Below are positions 38,696-52,672 of a stretch of 64,000 nucleotides of DNA, in pieces. Positions within the stretch are counted from its first letter, which is position 1. The number at the start of each line of letters is the position of its first letter. The notes below the pieces were generated by a model that worked only from the letters and a program-made list of their open reading frames with translations, did no database searches and was not told the origin of the DNA. A program made the translations under genes and the position numbers. This DNA comes from Eledone cirrhosa. Lineage: Eukaryota. The DNA lies in contig OZ024741.1 in assembly GCA_964016885.1 (NCBI GenBank), positions 95,232,001 to 95,296,000 on the forward strand. The letters run 5' to 3'.

Positions 38696-38730
<35 letters not shown>

Positions 38731-38731
<1 letters not shown>

Positions 38732-38874
38732 TAGCATAGTTACGTCCCTTTACACTCTGAGTTCAAATCCTGTCGAGGTTAACTTTGCCTTTCATCCTTA
38801 CGGCATCGATAAAATAAAGTACCAGTAACGTACTGGGTGATTGCTGGCCTTGTGCCAAAAGTAGAAACAATTAT
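38731..38874 (+). mobile_element. 5'-truncated SINE S2
   Basis: B box, body and tail, directly after the Tx1 (ATT)n. Confidence 0.8.
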
Positions 38875-39448
38875 TCATCATCACCATTTTATGTCCGTTC
38901 TTCCATGCTAGCATGGGTTAGATGGGTTGTCCTGTTATGGGCAGTAGCTGGTCAGCTGACCTTGTCTTGTTCATATGGGAACTGATTCTGGCTTGATTTC
39001 TACAGCTGGATGCCCTTTCTAACACCAACCTCATTTACAGTGAGTGGTGGGTGCTTTTTTTCTGTGGCGCCTACACGTCCACTTTACAGTGTGGGCTGGG
39101 TGCTTTTTTGCCGTGGCACCTCCACGACCACTTTGCAGTGGGAGGGGGTGGGGGCATATTGTCTATATGCTTCAGCTTAGGCTTGTACTCGTGGGGGGGG
39201 GGGGGGTCTTCTGTATTACTGCATGACGCCAGAAGTCACGGTCGTGCGTCTTCGCCTTTGAGAGGTATAATTGGTTAAGGTCGGCTTTTATCACCTCATC
39301 AACTTTTTATGCAGCAGTCATCCTTCATACTCATCACATGTCCATACCAACGCACCCTCCTCTCCTGCACACAGCATTTAAATCCTCTTATGCTCAGTCT
39401 CTCTCTCAATTCATTTATGCTATGCCGTTCGCGTATATTACACATCCA
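38875..39448 (-). mobile_element. RTE-B 3' fragment
   Basis: Homologous to 58931-59560 with an internal deletion. Confidence 0.85.
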
Positions 39449-39483
39449 TAATATTATTATCATTATTAATTTTATTCCTATCA

Positions 39484-39707
39484 GGACGGTGCATTGGTAG
39501 TATCGGTAGAGAGTCGGACACCATGCTTTGCAGCATAGAGTTACGTCACTTTACGGTCTGAGTTCAAATCCCACCGAAGTTAACTTTGCCTTTCATCCTT
39601 ACAAGGTTGATAAAATAAAGCACCAGTGATGCACTGGGGTCGATTTAATCGAACCCCCCCCCCCCCCCCCCCATCAAATTACTGGCCTTGTGCCTATACT
39701 ATAAATC
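39484..39707 (+). mobile_element. SINE S2
   Basis: Full-length; 17-bp TSD attaattttattcctat. Confidence 0.9.
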
Positions 39708-41188
39708 ATTAATTTTATTCCTATTATTATTTGTTGGTGTTTATTTAAAGTTGACTTTCTTGTCTGAAATTCAATATAAAAGCAATCTTGTGTGAATAGT
39801 TTGTTCTAAAAAATCTAACGTGGTGGCAATTGATATGTTAAATATGCTGTGGGAAGGGTTGAGAACACAGCCTTGAACATTCACCCAAATTTCCAATTCT
39901 TTGTTAAATGTATTGTTAAATATGATTCCATTTGTAGCTATCTCATACATAGTAGTACTATTTGTACATACATAGCTGTTACCAATCCTTAGAAACCATT
40001 TATCCATGCTGAAACTTTCATTGCCTATAAAGTTATAGTACAATATCAAAAGCTTTATCTTCGTTGATACTTAAATTAGGTGTGGTCATTTGCTTTTAGA
40101 AAAGAAAAACAATTGCAGCTGTCTCATTAGGCATGTGCTTATATGCGATTTACACCTGTAAAATACTAATTTCTTTCTTTATAGTAATAATAATGATTTC
40201 TTCATTTACACCTGCAAAATCAATTTCCAGAAACAGCAATCCCATCAATTACCATAGTGTTATCTGCATAAGTTTAATATAGCCATTAATTACCATATAT
40301 ATGAAAAATACTGCCAATTTTCAATTAATTTTGAAAATAATTGAGAATTTGAAGGGATTCAGTAACCAACCATTGCTTGTGCTTGAACTATAACTTAACA
40401 AAGGCTCCCGCATAAAACCACAATGGAAGGTTTTTAGGTAAGATACAAACACTTTAAAGCCCTGTATTGCAGAACCAGGCACAGTTTTGGGCAGTTTAGT
40501 ATAAAAAAAGGGTTAAAACTCTGTATCACAGAACCAGGAGCAGTTTCAGGCAGTTTGGTATCAAAAGGGTTAAAAAGCAATGTAACAAACTTTAGAAAGA
40601 AGCAAGCCATCTCGCACGGGATACACACATTGTTCTTCTTTAGAGTCAAACACCTTTTTTCCCCTTAGTCCTGGGGGAAGATCAGCACTTAAGATACTTG
40701 TCAGGACCTTCAAAAATGGTGGGAGGGAGAATTGAAGTAATCCTCAAACAGGAATCCAATGCAAGTATTTGTAACAGAGCAGACTCTGTTATAGAGTATC
40801 AAAGGACCAGGTGACATATTAAGTCTACCACTCAAGTTGGCCATAGTGAAACTTGAACTCAGAATATAAATAGCCTGAAGAAATATCTCGAGGTATTCTG
40901 TTGATATTCTTCCAATGATTTTATTAGTCGACTAGCCTAGACTAGTACTCAATTTATTGACTCTGGAAGAATGAAAGACAAAGCTCACCTCAGTGGGGTT
41001 TGAACTCAGAATATAAGAAGCCGGAGTAATTACTGAAAGACATTTCATCTGATAGTTTAACACTTCTACCAACTTGACATAAATATTTACAGTAAAGAGA
41101 AAATATTAAAAATAGCAACAAACTTGGCTTATCTTTTATGACAAATCAGAAAGTATTGTTACAAATCAATTTACATTCAGTTTTGGGG

Positions 41189-41222
<34 letters not shown>

Positions 41223-41419
41223 CTGTTTAAGTCTCGAAACTCCATAAAGTCCTACATATAATTAAAGTGGAAGGTATCAGCTATTACTGGGAGAAGGGAA
41301 AGTTGATTATGTTGACTTCAGTATTTGACTAGTACTGTATTTTATTGATCTCAGAAGGAATAAAGACAAAGTTGACATCAGCTAATATTCAAAACTCCAT
41401 AAAGTCGATGTAGCAGCAA

Positions 41420-41735
41420 ATTGGCAGTCGTTAGAATGTCAGATAGAATGCTTTGCAGTATTCATCCTGGCTCTTTGTTCTCTGAGTTCAAATCTCGCCA
41501 TGGTCAACTTTGCCTTTCATCCATTCCCGTTGATAAAAAATATCAGTCAAGTACTGGGGCTGATTTTTTCTCTGTATCTCTTTCTCACTTCGATTCTTTC
41601 ACTCTCTATCTTTCTCAGGAAGAAATCTACTGTATTCAGACCTGGAGAGGGATCAGCTCTGCCAGGTTTTAAAATGTCTTAGAAATGCTGTATGTTAATA
41701 TGATGCCCCTACGACTCCCTCAGGAGTTACAGGAC
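41420..41735 (+). mobile_element. tRNA-SINE head fused to a LINE-like 5' segment (copy 2)
   Basis: Collinear with 2195-2520. Confidence 0.5.
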
Positions 41736-42130
41736 TATCCATTTATCCAAAGTCTTATGAACATTTAAACTGGAAGGTATCAGCTTATTATTGTCAAAGA
41801 AAGAACCATAAGGGGGTTAGTGAGGTTATGGAATTGATATTGGCTGTTCATTGGGGATATGGTTTTCATAAGCGGCCTCCAGCCATATATACTTACAGTT
41901 GGAGACTGCTGAACATCTGTGATCACCAAATGTGTTTGGTTTCTTTTCACAATGCTGTAGATTCACTGGTTGGGATAGCTTGCTCAACCCATCCCAAGTG
42001 AACACTGATCCAGAAGCATGTTATGGAGTGAGACTAATGAATGAAATGTTGGTGTAATTGAGGAGTTAACATAAAGGTAATTTAAGAAATATGCAGTTGA
42101 GCTAATCTAAAAGAATATAGCCAAAGTTAA

Positions 42131-42371
42131 CCCTTTTGTTACTATATTTCTAATGAAAAACATTGACTATGATTTTGAAAAGAATCAAAACTTTGGAGAG
42201 ATTGAGTAATGTATCCTTTTCATTATTAAGTTGGTGTTTGGAACATAATTTAACAAAAGTTCTTTCATAAAATTAGGATAAATGGGTTTTAGATAATCAT
42301 AAACACTTTAAAATAAACAGCTTTGTATTATAGAACCAAGAGCTGTTTCAGGTAGTTTGGTATCAAAAGGG
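42131..42371. mobile_element. piggyBac-like MITE, family B
   Basis: TIRs cccttttgttac / gtatcaaaaggg, TTAA TSD. Confidence 0.85.
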
Positions 42372-43558
42372 TTAAGAACTGTTTTAGACAGACAGATTCA
42401 ATTATTCATCCAACCATATGGTCAGTCATTATTGTGTGGTTGAAAAGATTGCTTTGTTGTCATGTGATTCTGGATTCAGTCTCATTGCATGATACCTTGA
42501 ACAAGTGTCTTCTAGTATAGCAAACCTGCCAATCTCTAAAAACCAAAACGGGGAGTACCATGAAAAAAAGTGCTCCAAAATGGGGAGAAATGAGGTAAAA
42601 TGGGGAGATTTTACATAATGAAAGCTATACCCATTTACATATGAGAAGACATCTCTTGCCCATCCAAAGTGGGTGGGAGATCTCCACGTCAGACAGGAAA
42701 AGTTGACAGGAAAAAAAATGTCTTCTGCTAAGTATTGTGAATAAAATTGGATAGTAGACTTCATACAGAAACCATTCATATATACCAGTTCTTTGGTGAT
42801 GTGTTATAATCTGTGGCCTAGTCAAACAGTACTATTTGGCTTTTAGATGACTCTACTGGAGCCCAGACCACTATGTTATAGATATTTACACCTGGTCTTA
42901 ATATATTACTGAATACCTTCATGCACTGCTTCTTACTTTTACAGTCTATGAGTCAGGCTTTCTTCCTTCCTTTCCTCTCACCAGTTTTGGAGGCTTTGCA
43001 ATCAGATCATGGGTGTGGCTTTCTTTCTCATTTCAACTAAACTATATATAAAAAAAAATAATAAATATGTTGTAAATCTAGTATCCTAATATTTGGGTAG
43101 ACACCTTGCTTTGCAGCATAGAGTTACGGCCCATTACGTTCTGAGTTCAAATCCTACCAAGGTTAACATTGCCTTTCATCCTCCTTAGAGGGTCAATAAA
43201 ATAAAGCAGCACTGGAATAATTGCTGGCCTTGTGCCACATGTAGAAACAATTATTTAAAAACATTTAACAAGTAATCTTTGAAATATAAATACAGTAAGG
43301 CCTAATATATACAATCAGTGTCTTGAATATCTTCAGTAATGTCTCACACATGTAATATATAGTGTTTTGAAATTTTTCAATTAGCGAAAATATATCCCAG
43401 CAATTAGAAAACAAAAACTTCTTCCATAGGTGTTTAAAATGTAAAAAGAACATGCAAGGTAGATTACTCTAATAAGATAAGTTAATATCATTTTTGGAAA
43501 GTTCAGACAGTACAGATTGGAGTAAATTTGGTCTTTAAAATCAAATGATGAAAATAAC

Positions 43559-43590
43559 AGACATGTTTTGGTCTTATTAGACCTCTTCAG
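43559..43590 (-). ncRNA. Minimal hammerhead relic
   Basis: CTGAAGA-ggtct(aata)agacc-AAAA-catg-TC; GAAA mutated and stem I weak. Confidence 0.4.
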
Positions 43591-43682
43591 TAAAGCATAT
43601 TCTATTCATTTGGTAAGACTAAGACTGATCAATATATATATAAAACGAATTAAGTTACAATGATTATGAATAGCAACATTAA

Positions 43683-43928
43683 CTCTTTTGGTACCAACCT
43701 ACCTGAAACTGCCCCAGGTTCTATGATACAGAACTGTTTGTTTTTAAATGTTTATATTTATCTAAAAACCTTCCATAATAAATGTATATAAGAAACTTTA
43801 TTAAGTCCCAAACATCAGCTTGATAATGAGAAAATTATTTTACTAAATTTCTTGAACTTCTTGATTATTTCAAAATGATTTGAATCTGAAAGACAATGTC
43901 TTTCATTAGAAATATGGTAACAAAAGTG
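43683..43928. mobile_element. piggyBac-like MITE, family B (inverted)
   Basis: TTAA on both sides; homologous to 42131-42371. Confidence 0.7.
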
Positions 43929-45687
43929 TTAAAACTTAGGTGAGCATTCTGCATACTAAATGCATATACGGTAAGGTCACACCTATGAAATATTCTGAGA
44001 CGAAAAGATTTGATTAACTGAGATCACCCAAGCAATTAGTTGACAAAAATGTTCCCCCAGAGAGATTAAAAATTAAAAAAAACAAGCAAGGGAGATAACA
44101 GGAGTGGATTTGATCTTTAAAGCATGTCATTTGTTAAAATACATATATCTTTGAAATATGTGTAACTTGTTTCAAAATAAATCTATGAACCTCAGTCAGT
44201 TTCGATGATGAGGGTTCCAGTACGATCAACGGAAACAGTCTGCTCATGAAATTAACGTGTAAGTGACAGCAGTCCATAGACACATAAACCATTAACATAT
44301 TTCTCTGGAAGATCCAGTATGACACAGTGTGTGACATGGCTAGCTCTTTGAACCACAGTTACAGTCTATCTGACAGGCTTCCAAACACTTTCTGTCTACC
44401 CAAATTCACTTATAAGGCATGGGTCAACCTGAGGCTATGGTAAATGACACTTACTTAATATGCCTTGCAGTGGGATTGAACCCAGAGACATGATGATTGC
44501 AAAGTGAACCTTTTAACCATTTAGCCATACAGTATTCATGTTAAAAAACATATCTTTGGAATAAGTTTTACTTGTTAAAACATGCAGATTTCCATTTATA
44601 TATTCATTTTATTATATCTGGAGGATTAATGGGTTTTTATATTTTATTTTATTAGTTTTCTTTTTTACTCAAATCAAAGGTTTGATTTTTCTGATATGGT
44701 AAATGACCTAAAACTAAGAACTAGTTGGATGACCCAGTCTGACTTATGAAAAAAGATAAGTGTGAACATAATTGCTCTAGCTATCATCTAGCTGTCTTCC
44801 GATAAAATGTGATATGACCAAACAATATTCTCTGATGTATGCTTGCACATAGATATGTTACATCATGTTTTTCCACCCTTCACTGCTTTTTTGGGTTGTG
44901 TGAAAGAAATATAAAGAATAAAAAATAAATATATAATACAACCTATATATGGATTTTCCTTTACATGTTCTATTATTAATTGACCAATAGAAATAGACAG
45001 GATATATAAACATAAAAAAATGAAGTGAAGTTAATAGTCGAATGAATGCATCATACTATTCTACAAACGATGTCTTATTCTTTAATCAATATGGAAATGA
45101 CATAGGTACTGCCAAGTTGTCAAAAAGTTCAATGAGTCATTGCTTATGCTTTGGTTCTTCATTGATTACCTGGACATAAGGTGGGAAGAGAAAGAGAGAG
45201 AGAGTCATTGTTTTTTACATCCATTCTTCCATAGGTTGGATAAAGGCCAAAACTTATCCTGGTTCCAGGAGGCGATAAGTAACAGAGTACGAGACAACGC
45301 TCTAGATGGGACAGCAGTCCATCACAGGGTTAACCTCTAGCTGCTGCTGGCATTCATTTTCATCTGAGTATACTGGAACAATGTAAAACAAAGTGCCTGG
45401 CAATCAAACCCACAGCTTTATTCCATAACCACTATACCACCTGTTTTCACTCACTACCTTGGTATAATAATCTTAAATCTATTTTTAAAATTCCATTGGT
45501 TTTATCAGACTTTTATCTTAGTCTGCATTTTTTTAATGTAGATTAATAAATTTAATGTAGATTAATAAATTTGCTTATTTACTGGAGTATTGGGGTTCTT
45601 TTGGAAAATATGTAGTCAGTTAAGCCATCCATTATACTTAACAGTCACAGGCAAACTGACCTTGATAGGAAGAAAGTGAGGTGATTA

Positions 45688-45850
45688 CTGTATATACTTG
45701 AATATAATAAGCCAACCCCACTATTTTATGTCTGAGAAATGGGCAAAAATCCAAACCTTATTTACGTAGAATTTGAAGTTGGTGACCCCGAATATAAGCC
45801 ATCAATTTTTTTGGTCTCATATTCCTTGGCTTATATTTGAGTATACACGG
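45688..45850. mobile_element. pogo/Tc-type MITE
   Basis: TIRs ctgtatatacttgaatata / tatatttgagtatacacgg, TA TSD. Confidence 0.7.
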
Positions 45851-46569
45851 TAAGCTTTAAGATTATGAAATTATTTAGTAGAAAATATCTAAAATTGAGA
45901 TTTATTAGTTTTAAATTTAATATCTTTATTGGTGGTGACAGATTGAGAAATCTATTTTTAGTGTGTTGCTTTTGTACTTTTCAAGAATATCTTGCTAATG
46001 TGGTTTCATATAGTACAGGGCATTAAGAGTTAAATAGCATTGAGAATGGCACTAACAATTTCTTAACAAATGAAAAAACAACAAAAAAAAACAACAAGGG
46101 CGGTGCCCCAGCATGGCCTCAGCCGGATGGCTGAAACAGGTAAAAGAGTAAAAGAGTAAACTAGGTTTGAGTTAACAAAAACAAGCATTTTAAGGCCATT
46201 TTCTTTGCTAAAGCAAGATGCAGATGCTATGACAAGCTTCTTCATTTTGTTCTGTTGGCTACAGCTCCTGGTTTTCATTTCCTCTTCCCCAAACAGAAAG
46301 AATGGGTTTCTTTTTCAAGATTTTGGCTGTTTAATAGCTGGAATATTGAGCTTCATTAGAGGAAATTTTGGATCACAGTGGATATGTAAAGTAATGTATT
46401 TGTGTGTGTGTGTGTATATATAGAGAGAGTTTAGGGATTGTATAGGGATGAGCTGATCAATCGCGAAACGCACATCACATCTCAATAAATTTAATGAAGA
46501 TCTAACACCTTGTCCTTTTTATTATTACTATTATATATATCGATAAATATATACACACATGTATATATG

Positions 46570-46615
<46 letters not shown>

Positions 46616-46627
46616 AATATATATGTA

Positions 46628-47632
46628 TATGTCTAACTTTGATAGGTTTCGGCCAGTATTGGCCCAGGCCATGTCTAACTTAATAGCACCACCTGCCAAA
46701 GTCTTCCAAATCAGGATTTGGACACTATGGCTCACTCAAGTAGAGAGTTATTGTTTACGGAGACATATCTGGGTGTAGGAGGTTTATCCGGAATTTCTTG
46801 AAGGAATTTATCCAAAGACTTCTTGAACTTTATGGGCTCTGTTTTAATGTGTTTTGGTGTAATGTTAAAGAGAGCAGGGCCAATTGAGGTGAAATAATTG
46901 TGCAGTATTGTTGTTATGAGATGCGAGTGTAATTTTTGTTGTGGGCGGATAGCACGGGGCCCAAGCCTTGGGTCTACCTTAAAGATGATGCCAACATCAT
47001 TTGGGTAATGCTGATGGAATATTTTCCACCTATACAGATGATGTAGCGCTCACGGCGACGTTGGAGAGAATAAAGTTTGAGTTTTCTAATCGACCCCAAT
47101 AGTCAAGGTCTGTCATGCCAACTATCTTTTTTGTGATTGACCTTTGAGGTGCTTCAACTTTCACAATACTTTGTTTCGTGTGGGCTGACCACAGTGGACA
47201 ACAGTATTCAAGGTGGGGTCAGACAAAAGTGGATAAGAGAAGGATAATGGTGTGGATATCTCTCGACTGGAAAGTTCTGAGAATCCAGGAACACATCCTG
47301 TGGGCCATGTCAACTTTGTTGTTTATATGAGTGGCCCAGATTATGTTTTTGTCCACAATTACTCCCAAGTCTCTGATGTTGTTGGATGTCATGAGAGTTT
47401 CACCTGAAGGAAGGAAGTAAGGGAGTTTCAAGGCATCCTCTTTTCCAAAGTGGATTAACTCAAATTTATCCTCATTCAGCAACGTATTGTTCTTTTCTGT
47501 CCATTGGATAACAGCCAGTAGGTCTGATTGAAGGCATGTCTGGTCACCCATGCCATTGATGACCTTCTGGAGCTTGGAATCATCTGCAGAGATTCTTATG
47601 TTGTTGTGCTCAATGATGTCAGTAATGTCATT
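46628..47632 (-). mobile_element. 5'-truncated CR1-group LINE
   Basis: ISADDSKL, LQSDL..W..N...N.DKF, RDLGVIVD, ILRTF, EYCCPLWS. Confidence 0.85.
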
Positions 47633-48189
47633 TCATCATCATATGCATATATATAAATATATGCATATTTAATATGTAGGCATGTAAACATGCCAGAAAA
47701 TACGAATTTCCCTGTGTATATTTATATACATATATGTGTGTATATATGCATGTGCAAGTGTGTGTGGGTATACATGTATGTGTATGTGTATATATATATA
47801 CATATGTGTGTGTGTATATATATGTGTGTAACTTGTTATATTTAGTATTCAAAATACACTTTTTTGTTATCTTTCTATTCTACTATATTCCTTACATTTT
47901 TCTTCCTTTAGCTAGTAAGTTTTTAGTGTCAAGACAAGTATGACTTTAAAAGAATATATATAAAAAGAGGAAAAGACCCCCCATAAAAATCAACAACAAA
48001 CAACAACCTAGATATTAAGATTTCTTCAGAGGTATTAAGGTTGATCTCTTCTAGACTGCCCAAATATTACCATACACCCTCCCCACACTGCCTCTCCCAC
48101 TATATATTGTTCCCCCAATATCAGCTTGATAAATCTACAGTTTAACCAGGTTCAGGTCTCCTATCTATCCATCTCACCCTCTCTCTCTG

Positions 48190-48256
<67 letters not shown>

Positions 48257-48394
48257 GTACCTACCTATCTATCTATCTGTTTATCTACATACCTATCTAT
48301 CTACATATCTATCTGCGTACCTACCTATCTAGCTATCTATGTCTGTCTGTCTGTCTGCCTGCATGCCTGTCTATCTGTCTGTCTGTCTGTCTGT

Positions 48395-49542
48395 CTCTTC
48401 CAGTTCCTGTGGAAGAAGCAGGCTCCACTGGTGAGGAGATCCGTCTGCTGTCAGCACCCTTCCAAATGAGGGCTGGGAATGCCGTGGCTGATGATGCGCA
48501 AACAAGTGCTGAGGCTACGGCATCTTCAGGTATTCCTCACCGAACAACCAGTGAGACAGGCCTTCACGCAACTTGTCTCGCTGATGGAGCTGCAGTCCTG
48601 GGTCAAGCGGTGACCGAAGAAAATGGGCACCTGGCACATTAAATGTGCTTAGGCACTCACAGTCCTCTGTCAAGCGGGCACAGCAATCAATGGAGACTCC
48701 ACTTCGACATTCTATAGAGAGACTCTGGGTGTCGAAGATGACAGGCTCACCAGTCTGTTCGATAGAACTTTCCGCCCGGGACCTATGGACAACTTCCAAA
48801 GGTTCCTGGCCTGGCAGTGCTACCGAGGAGCTCTACCAGTTCAAGACAAGATCTGCAGGCATGGACGCCCGGCATGGATCCTTCCAAGAGGTTGTGTCCA
48901 AGATGTGAGCAGGCCATTGAAACCGTCCTGCACGCAATTGTACACTGCCCTGGCGTAACCGACCTGTGGAACTACGCAGAACAACTGCTGTCGCGTATGG
49001 GACAAATCCAGTTGACTGCCGAGTCCATAGTAAGGATCAAACTGCCAACTTCTTTCAAAAACGAAAGAGACGCGGTTTTCCTCTGTATGGTAAAAGAGGT
49101 TATATGGTGGACAAGATTGAGAGGACTGAGGACAGAAGCCTTTCTCTCCGGACAACAACTTATTCCCTTCTTTAGGTACCACTTTAGAAGGAGAATCAGA
49201 GTGGAGAGAGAGGCTCTGCACCCCAGTAAATTTACTGAAAGGTGGGTGAATGTAGCAAAAATGGTCCGAGTGATTGGGCCTTCTCTGTATATAAACCTGT
49301 AGGTTGAAGAAGAGAGCAAAAGGAAGAAAGGAGCACTTGCACAACATGCTCCTGAAGTTGAGGGTTGTTTTATTGATGGGGTATTAAACAACCCATTTGT
49401 AACACCTTCCCCTATTGGGGATTTTGATTGTTAAATTTGTTTGTTTTAATAATATTTTTACACAACTGTACGTAAAATCCCCGGCATGTGTCTTTGTATT
49501 GTCCCCTTTTCTTGTGCGCCCTTGTGGCAAATAAAGAATTAT
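48395..49542 (+). mobile_element. 5'-truncated Tx1 relative in a (TCTA/TCTG)n tract
   Basis: LFQFLWK..PLVRRS; CPRCEQAIETVLHAIVHC; shared 3' end; ATCT repeats on both sides. Confidence 0.88.
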
Positions 49543-51085
49543 ATCTATCTATCTATCTATCTGCTCACCTATCTATCTATCTATCTATCTATTTATCTAT
49601 CTATCATGTCACACTCTCTATATCTATCAATTAGTCTTTCTCACTTATACTCTAACTCTTTCCTCTTAGTTATTTCACCCCTCCCCTCACACACACAAAC
49701 AAAAACAAAACAAGAACAAAGAAATTATTCTCTTCTGTTTTCAGCTTTAATTCTATCCTACAGGTTGTAACATCAACTTGCTCTTGTTGGTGTGTGTATG
49801 TGTAGCAGAGCGAGAAGAACATGTGTGAATGTGTATGCCAGTACATATATGTGTGTGTGTGACAGAGAGAGAGGAGGAGAGAAAGAGAGAGCGACAGACA
49901 GAGATAGATAGAGAGTGAGGCAGAGAGACAGAATGGGAGTGAGAGAGATTGAGTGAGAGAGAGAGAGACAGACAGAGTGAGAGAGAAAGAGACAGAGAGA
50001 CTGACCCTTATGTGAAAGTATTGGTACAATCATGCAGGGAGATTTGAGTAGGAGGGGAGCAGTTACTTTCTATAAGCATAGCTTGCTGCTCTCTTTTTCT
50101 TTCTTTATTTTATTATTTTATTTATTTATTTTCACCTGGGATTTTCTGAACCAATTACCTGAGGGGACTCATTATGGTTTTGAGGAATGCTACCTGCTTG
50201 CCACTTATTGCTGTAAAGATGGAGGGAGGGGAGAAGAAGAAGCAGAAGAAAAAGGGGCTAGTGCTTGGGAAGGTTGGTGCTATCTAGAATCTCTACAGTT
50301 ATAAACCCTTTCTTTCTCCCTTGTGTGTGTGTGTTAATTTTTTTCTAAATTTCTTACTATGAAAGTGTTAGAGGATGACAAATATAAATATAAACAAACA
50401 CAATAAAATCTGTTCCCTGTGTTTGTGGTTCTTTATTTAATCTCTCTTTCTATAAACCTGACCCCCTCATAGTCTTCATGATCTTTGTCTTTTCATCATT
50501 TTAATGGTGAGGGAGGAGTGAAAGCTGGTGGTGGTGTTTTATTTTATTTCTTTTATAAAATATTTCTGTTAGAATACTACTACTATTACTAATAATAAAA
50601 ATAGTAATGATTTCTAATTTAGGCACAAACAATTTTGTGGGAGGGAAAAGTCAATTATATTAACCTCAGTACTTGATTGTTACTTTAATTTTACTAACTC
50701 TGAGAGGATGTAAAGTGAAGTTGATCTTGTGGGATTTGAACTCAGAACTTAAAAAGCATTTTGTTTCAGACTCTGACAATTTTCTTATATGCATAATGTT
50801 TTTTCTAACACATAAATGTTATATGTATTTGCATATACATATGCACATATATATCATCATCATCGTCATCATTTTTACGTCCGCTTTTCCCTGCTTGCAA
50901 GGGTGGGACGGGAACTGATTCTAGCTTGATTTCTACACCTGGATGCCCTTCCTAACACCAACCTCATTTACAGTGAGTGCTGGGTGCTTTTTTGCTGTGG
51001 CACCTCCACGACCACTTCACAGTGGAATGATATGGACCCAGTCCCTATCATCTCATTTCTACAGCTGAGTAAGCATTATATATAT

Positions 51086-52669
51086 GCCTTTGACAGAGTC
51101 CCCTGCTCCATTATCTGGTGGGCTCTTAGAAAACTAGGTGTAGATGAATGGCTTGTGAGAGCTATACAAGCTATGTATAAAGAAACAGTCAGTAAGGTTA
51201 GAATTAACAATGAATATTGTGAAAAATTTAATGTAAAAGTTGGTGTTCATCAAGGCTCTGTCCTTAGCCCCTCCTATTTATTATTGCCCTTCAGGCTATA
51301 ACAGAGGAGTTTAAGACCGGCTGCCCATGGGAACTCCTATATGCAGATGATCTAACACTAATATGGCTGAACTAGAGAAGAAATTCCAAACATGGAAGAA
51401 TGGCCTAGAATCAAAAGGCCTTAAAGTTAACTTGTCTAAGACTAAAGTTCTAGATTGTAGAAAGGAAAATAGGGCACAGGTGCCTTCAGGAAAATGGGCC
51501 ATGCTCAGTGTGTAGGAAAGGAGTAAGCAGAAATTCCATTTTATGTCCCAAATGCAAACTATGGGTACATAAAAGATGTAGTGGTATCATAGGTAAACTA
51601 TCAAAGAACGTAGATTTTATATGTGGCCGATGCTCAGGTGTAATAAGTAGCAAGTGCCCACAGGCTACTAGCTCCTTCTATTGCCCAGATGGTGCTATAG
51701 AAATAGTGAACACTTTCCGTTACCTGGGTGACAAAATCAGCAGTGGTGGAGGGTGCTCTGAAAGTACAGTAGCCAGAGTCAGAACGGGATGGAAAAAGTT
51801 CAGAGAGCTTATACCGTTGTTGGCCACAAAAGGTTTCTCTCTAAAAATGAAAGGCAGATTGTATGATGCCTGTATACGAACAGCAATGCTACATGGCAGT
51901 GAGACATGGGCATTGCGTACAGAGGACCTGCGCGGACTGGAAAGGAATGAAGTATGCATGCTCCATTGGATGTGTAATAGTAATATACATGAACGGCAAA
52001 GCATGAATGAACTAAGTGAGAAATTAGGAATAAGAAGGATCAGATGCTGTTTACTTGAGAGAAGACTACGTTGGTATGGTCACGTGATGCGCATGAAAGA
52101 CGACAGCTGTATAAAAAAGTGCAGGGCGATCAAAATTGATGGTAGTTACGGAGACCCTGAAAAACCTGGTACAATTTGATAAATTCCGACCTTACACACT
52201 TGCTCCTCTCTAACACAATGTCACTGGACCGAGATCTTTGGCGCTACGCAGTAATACAGAAGACCCGCCTTGCCTATGTACAAAGCGAAACCTACAGTCA
52301 GTAGGCACCTCTTAACCAAATATACACCCCAATCCATTACCCCCACCCTATCCTCCCACTCCCACCAACACCACCCTCTCTCTATAAAGTTGGTACCACA
52401 ACATCCAGTCCAAATAAATGAGATCGAGATCGTGTAGGTGTCATGACAAAAAAACACACAGTCCACGCTGTAATGTGGCCGTGTAGGTAACATGGTGAAA
52501 AGTTCCCAGTTCCACACTGTAAATGTGGTTGGTGTTAGGAAGGGCATCCAGCCATAGAAAACCTGCCATATAGTCCTATATGAGCGAGACACGTTGACTC
52601 GACCAACCTTGCCTCAAGTGAGACAACTCCCGTCTAATCCATGCTAGTGTGGAAGATGATGATGATGAT
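51086..52669 (+). mobile_element. 5'-truncated RTE-A-related copy (frameshifted)
   Basis: RT, PHD finger, C-terminus, 3' UTR and GAT tail; begins after (TA)n. Confidence 0.92.
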
Positions 52670-52672
52670 ATA

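Larger units (their letters stand above)
32943..38730 (+). mobile_element. Full-length decayed Tx1/L1-clade LINE
   Basis: Two ORFs, short 5' UTR, 3' UTR; (ATT)n on both sides. Confidence 0.9.

Noticed and set aside
44203-44245. gatgatgag...ggaaacagtc hammerhead-like text
   Set aside because: Part of a SINE tail with no C3/U4 core or stem I.
46063-46423. Possible host exon
   Set aside because: Short ORFs with no recognisable domain or convincing splice signals; small exons anywhere in the window cannot be excluded without RNA data.
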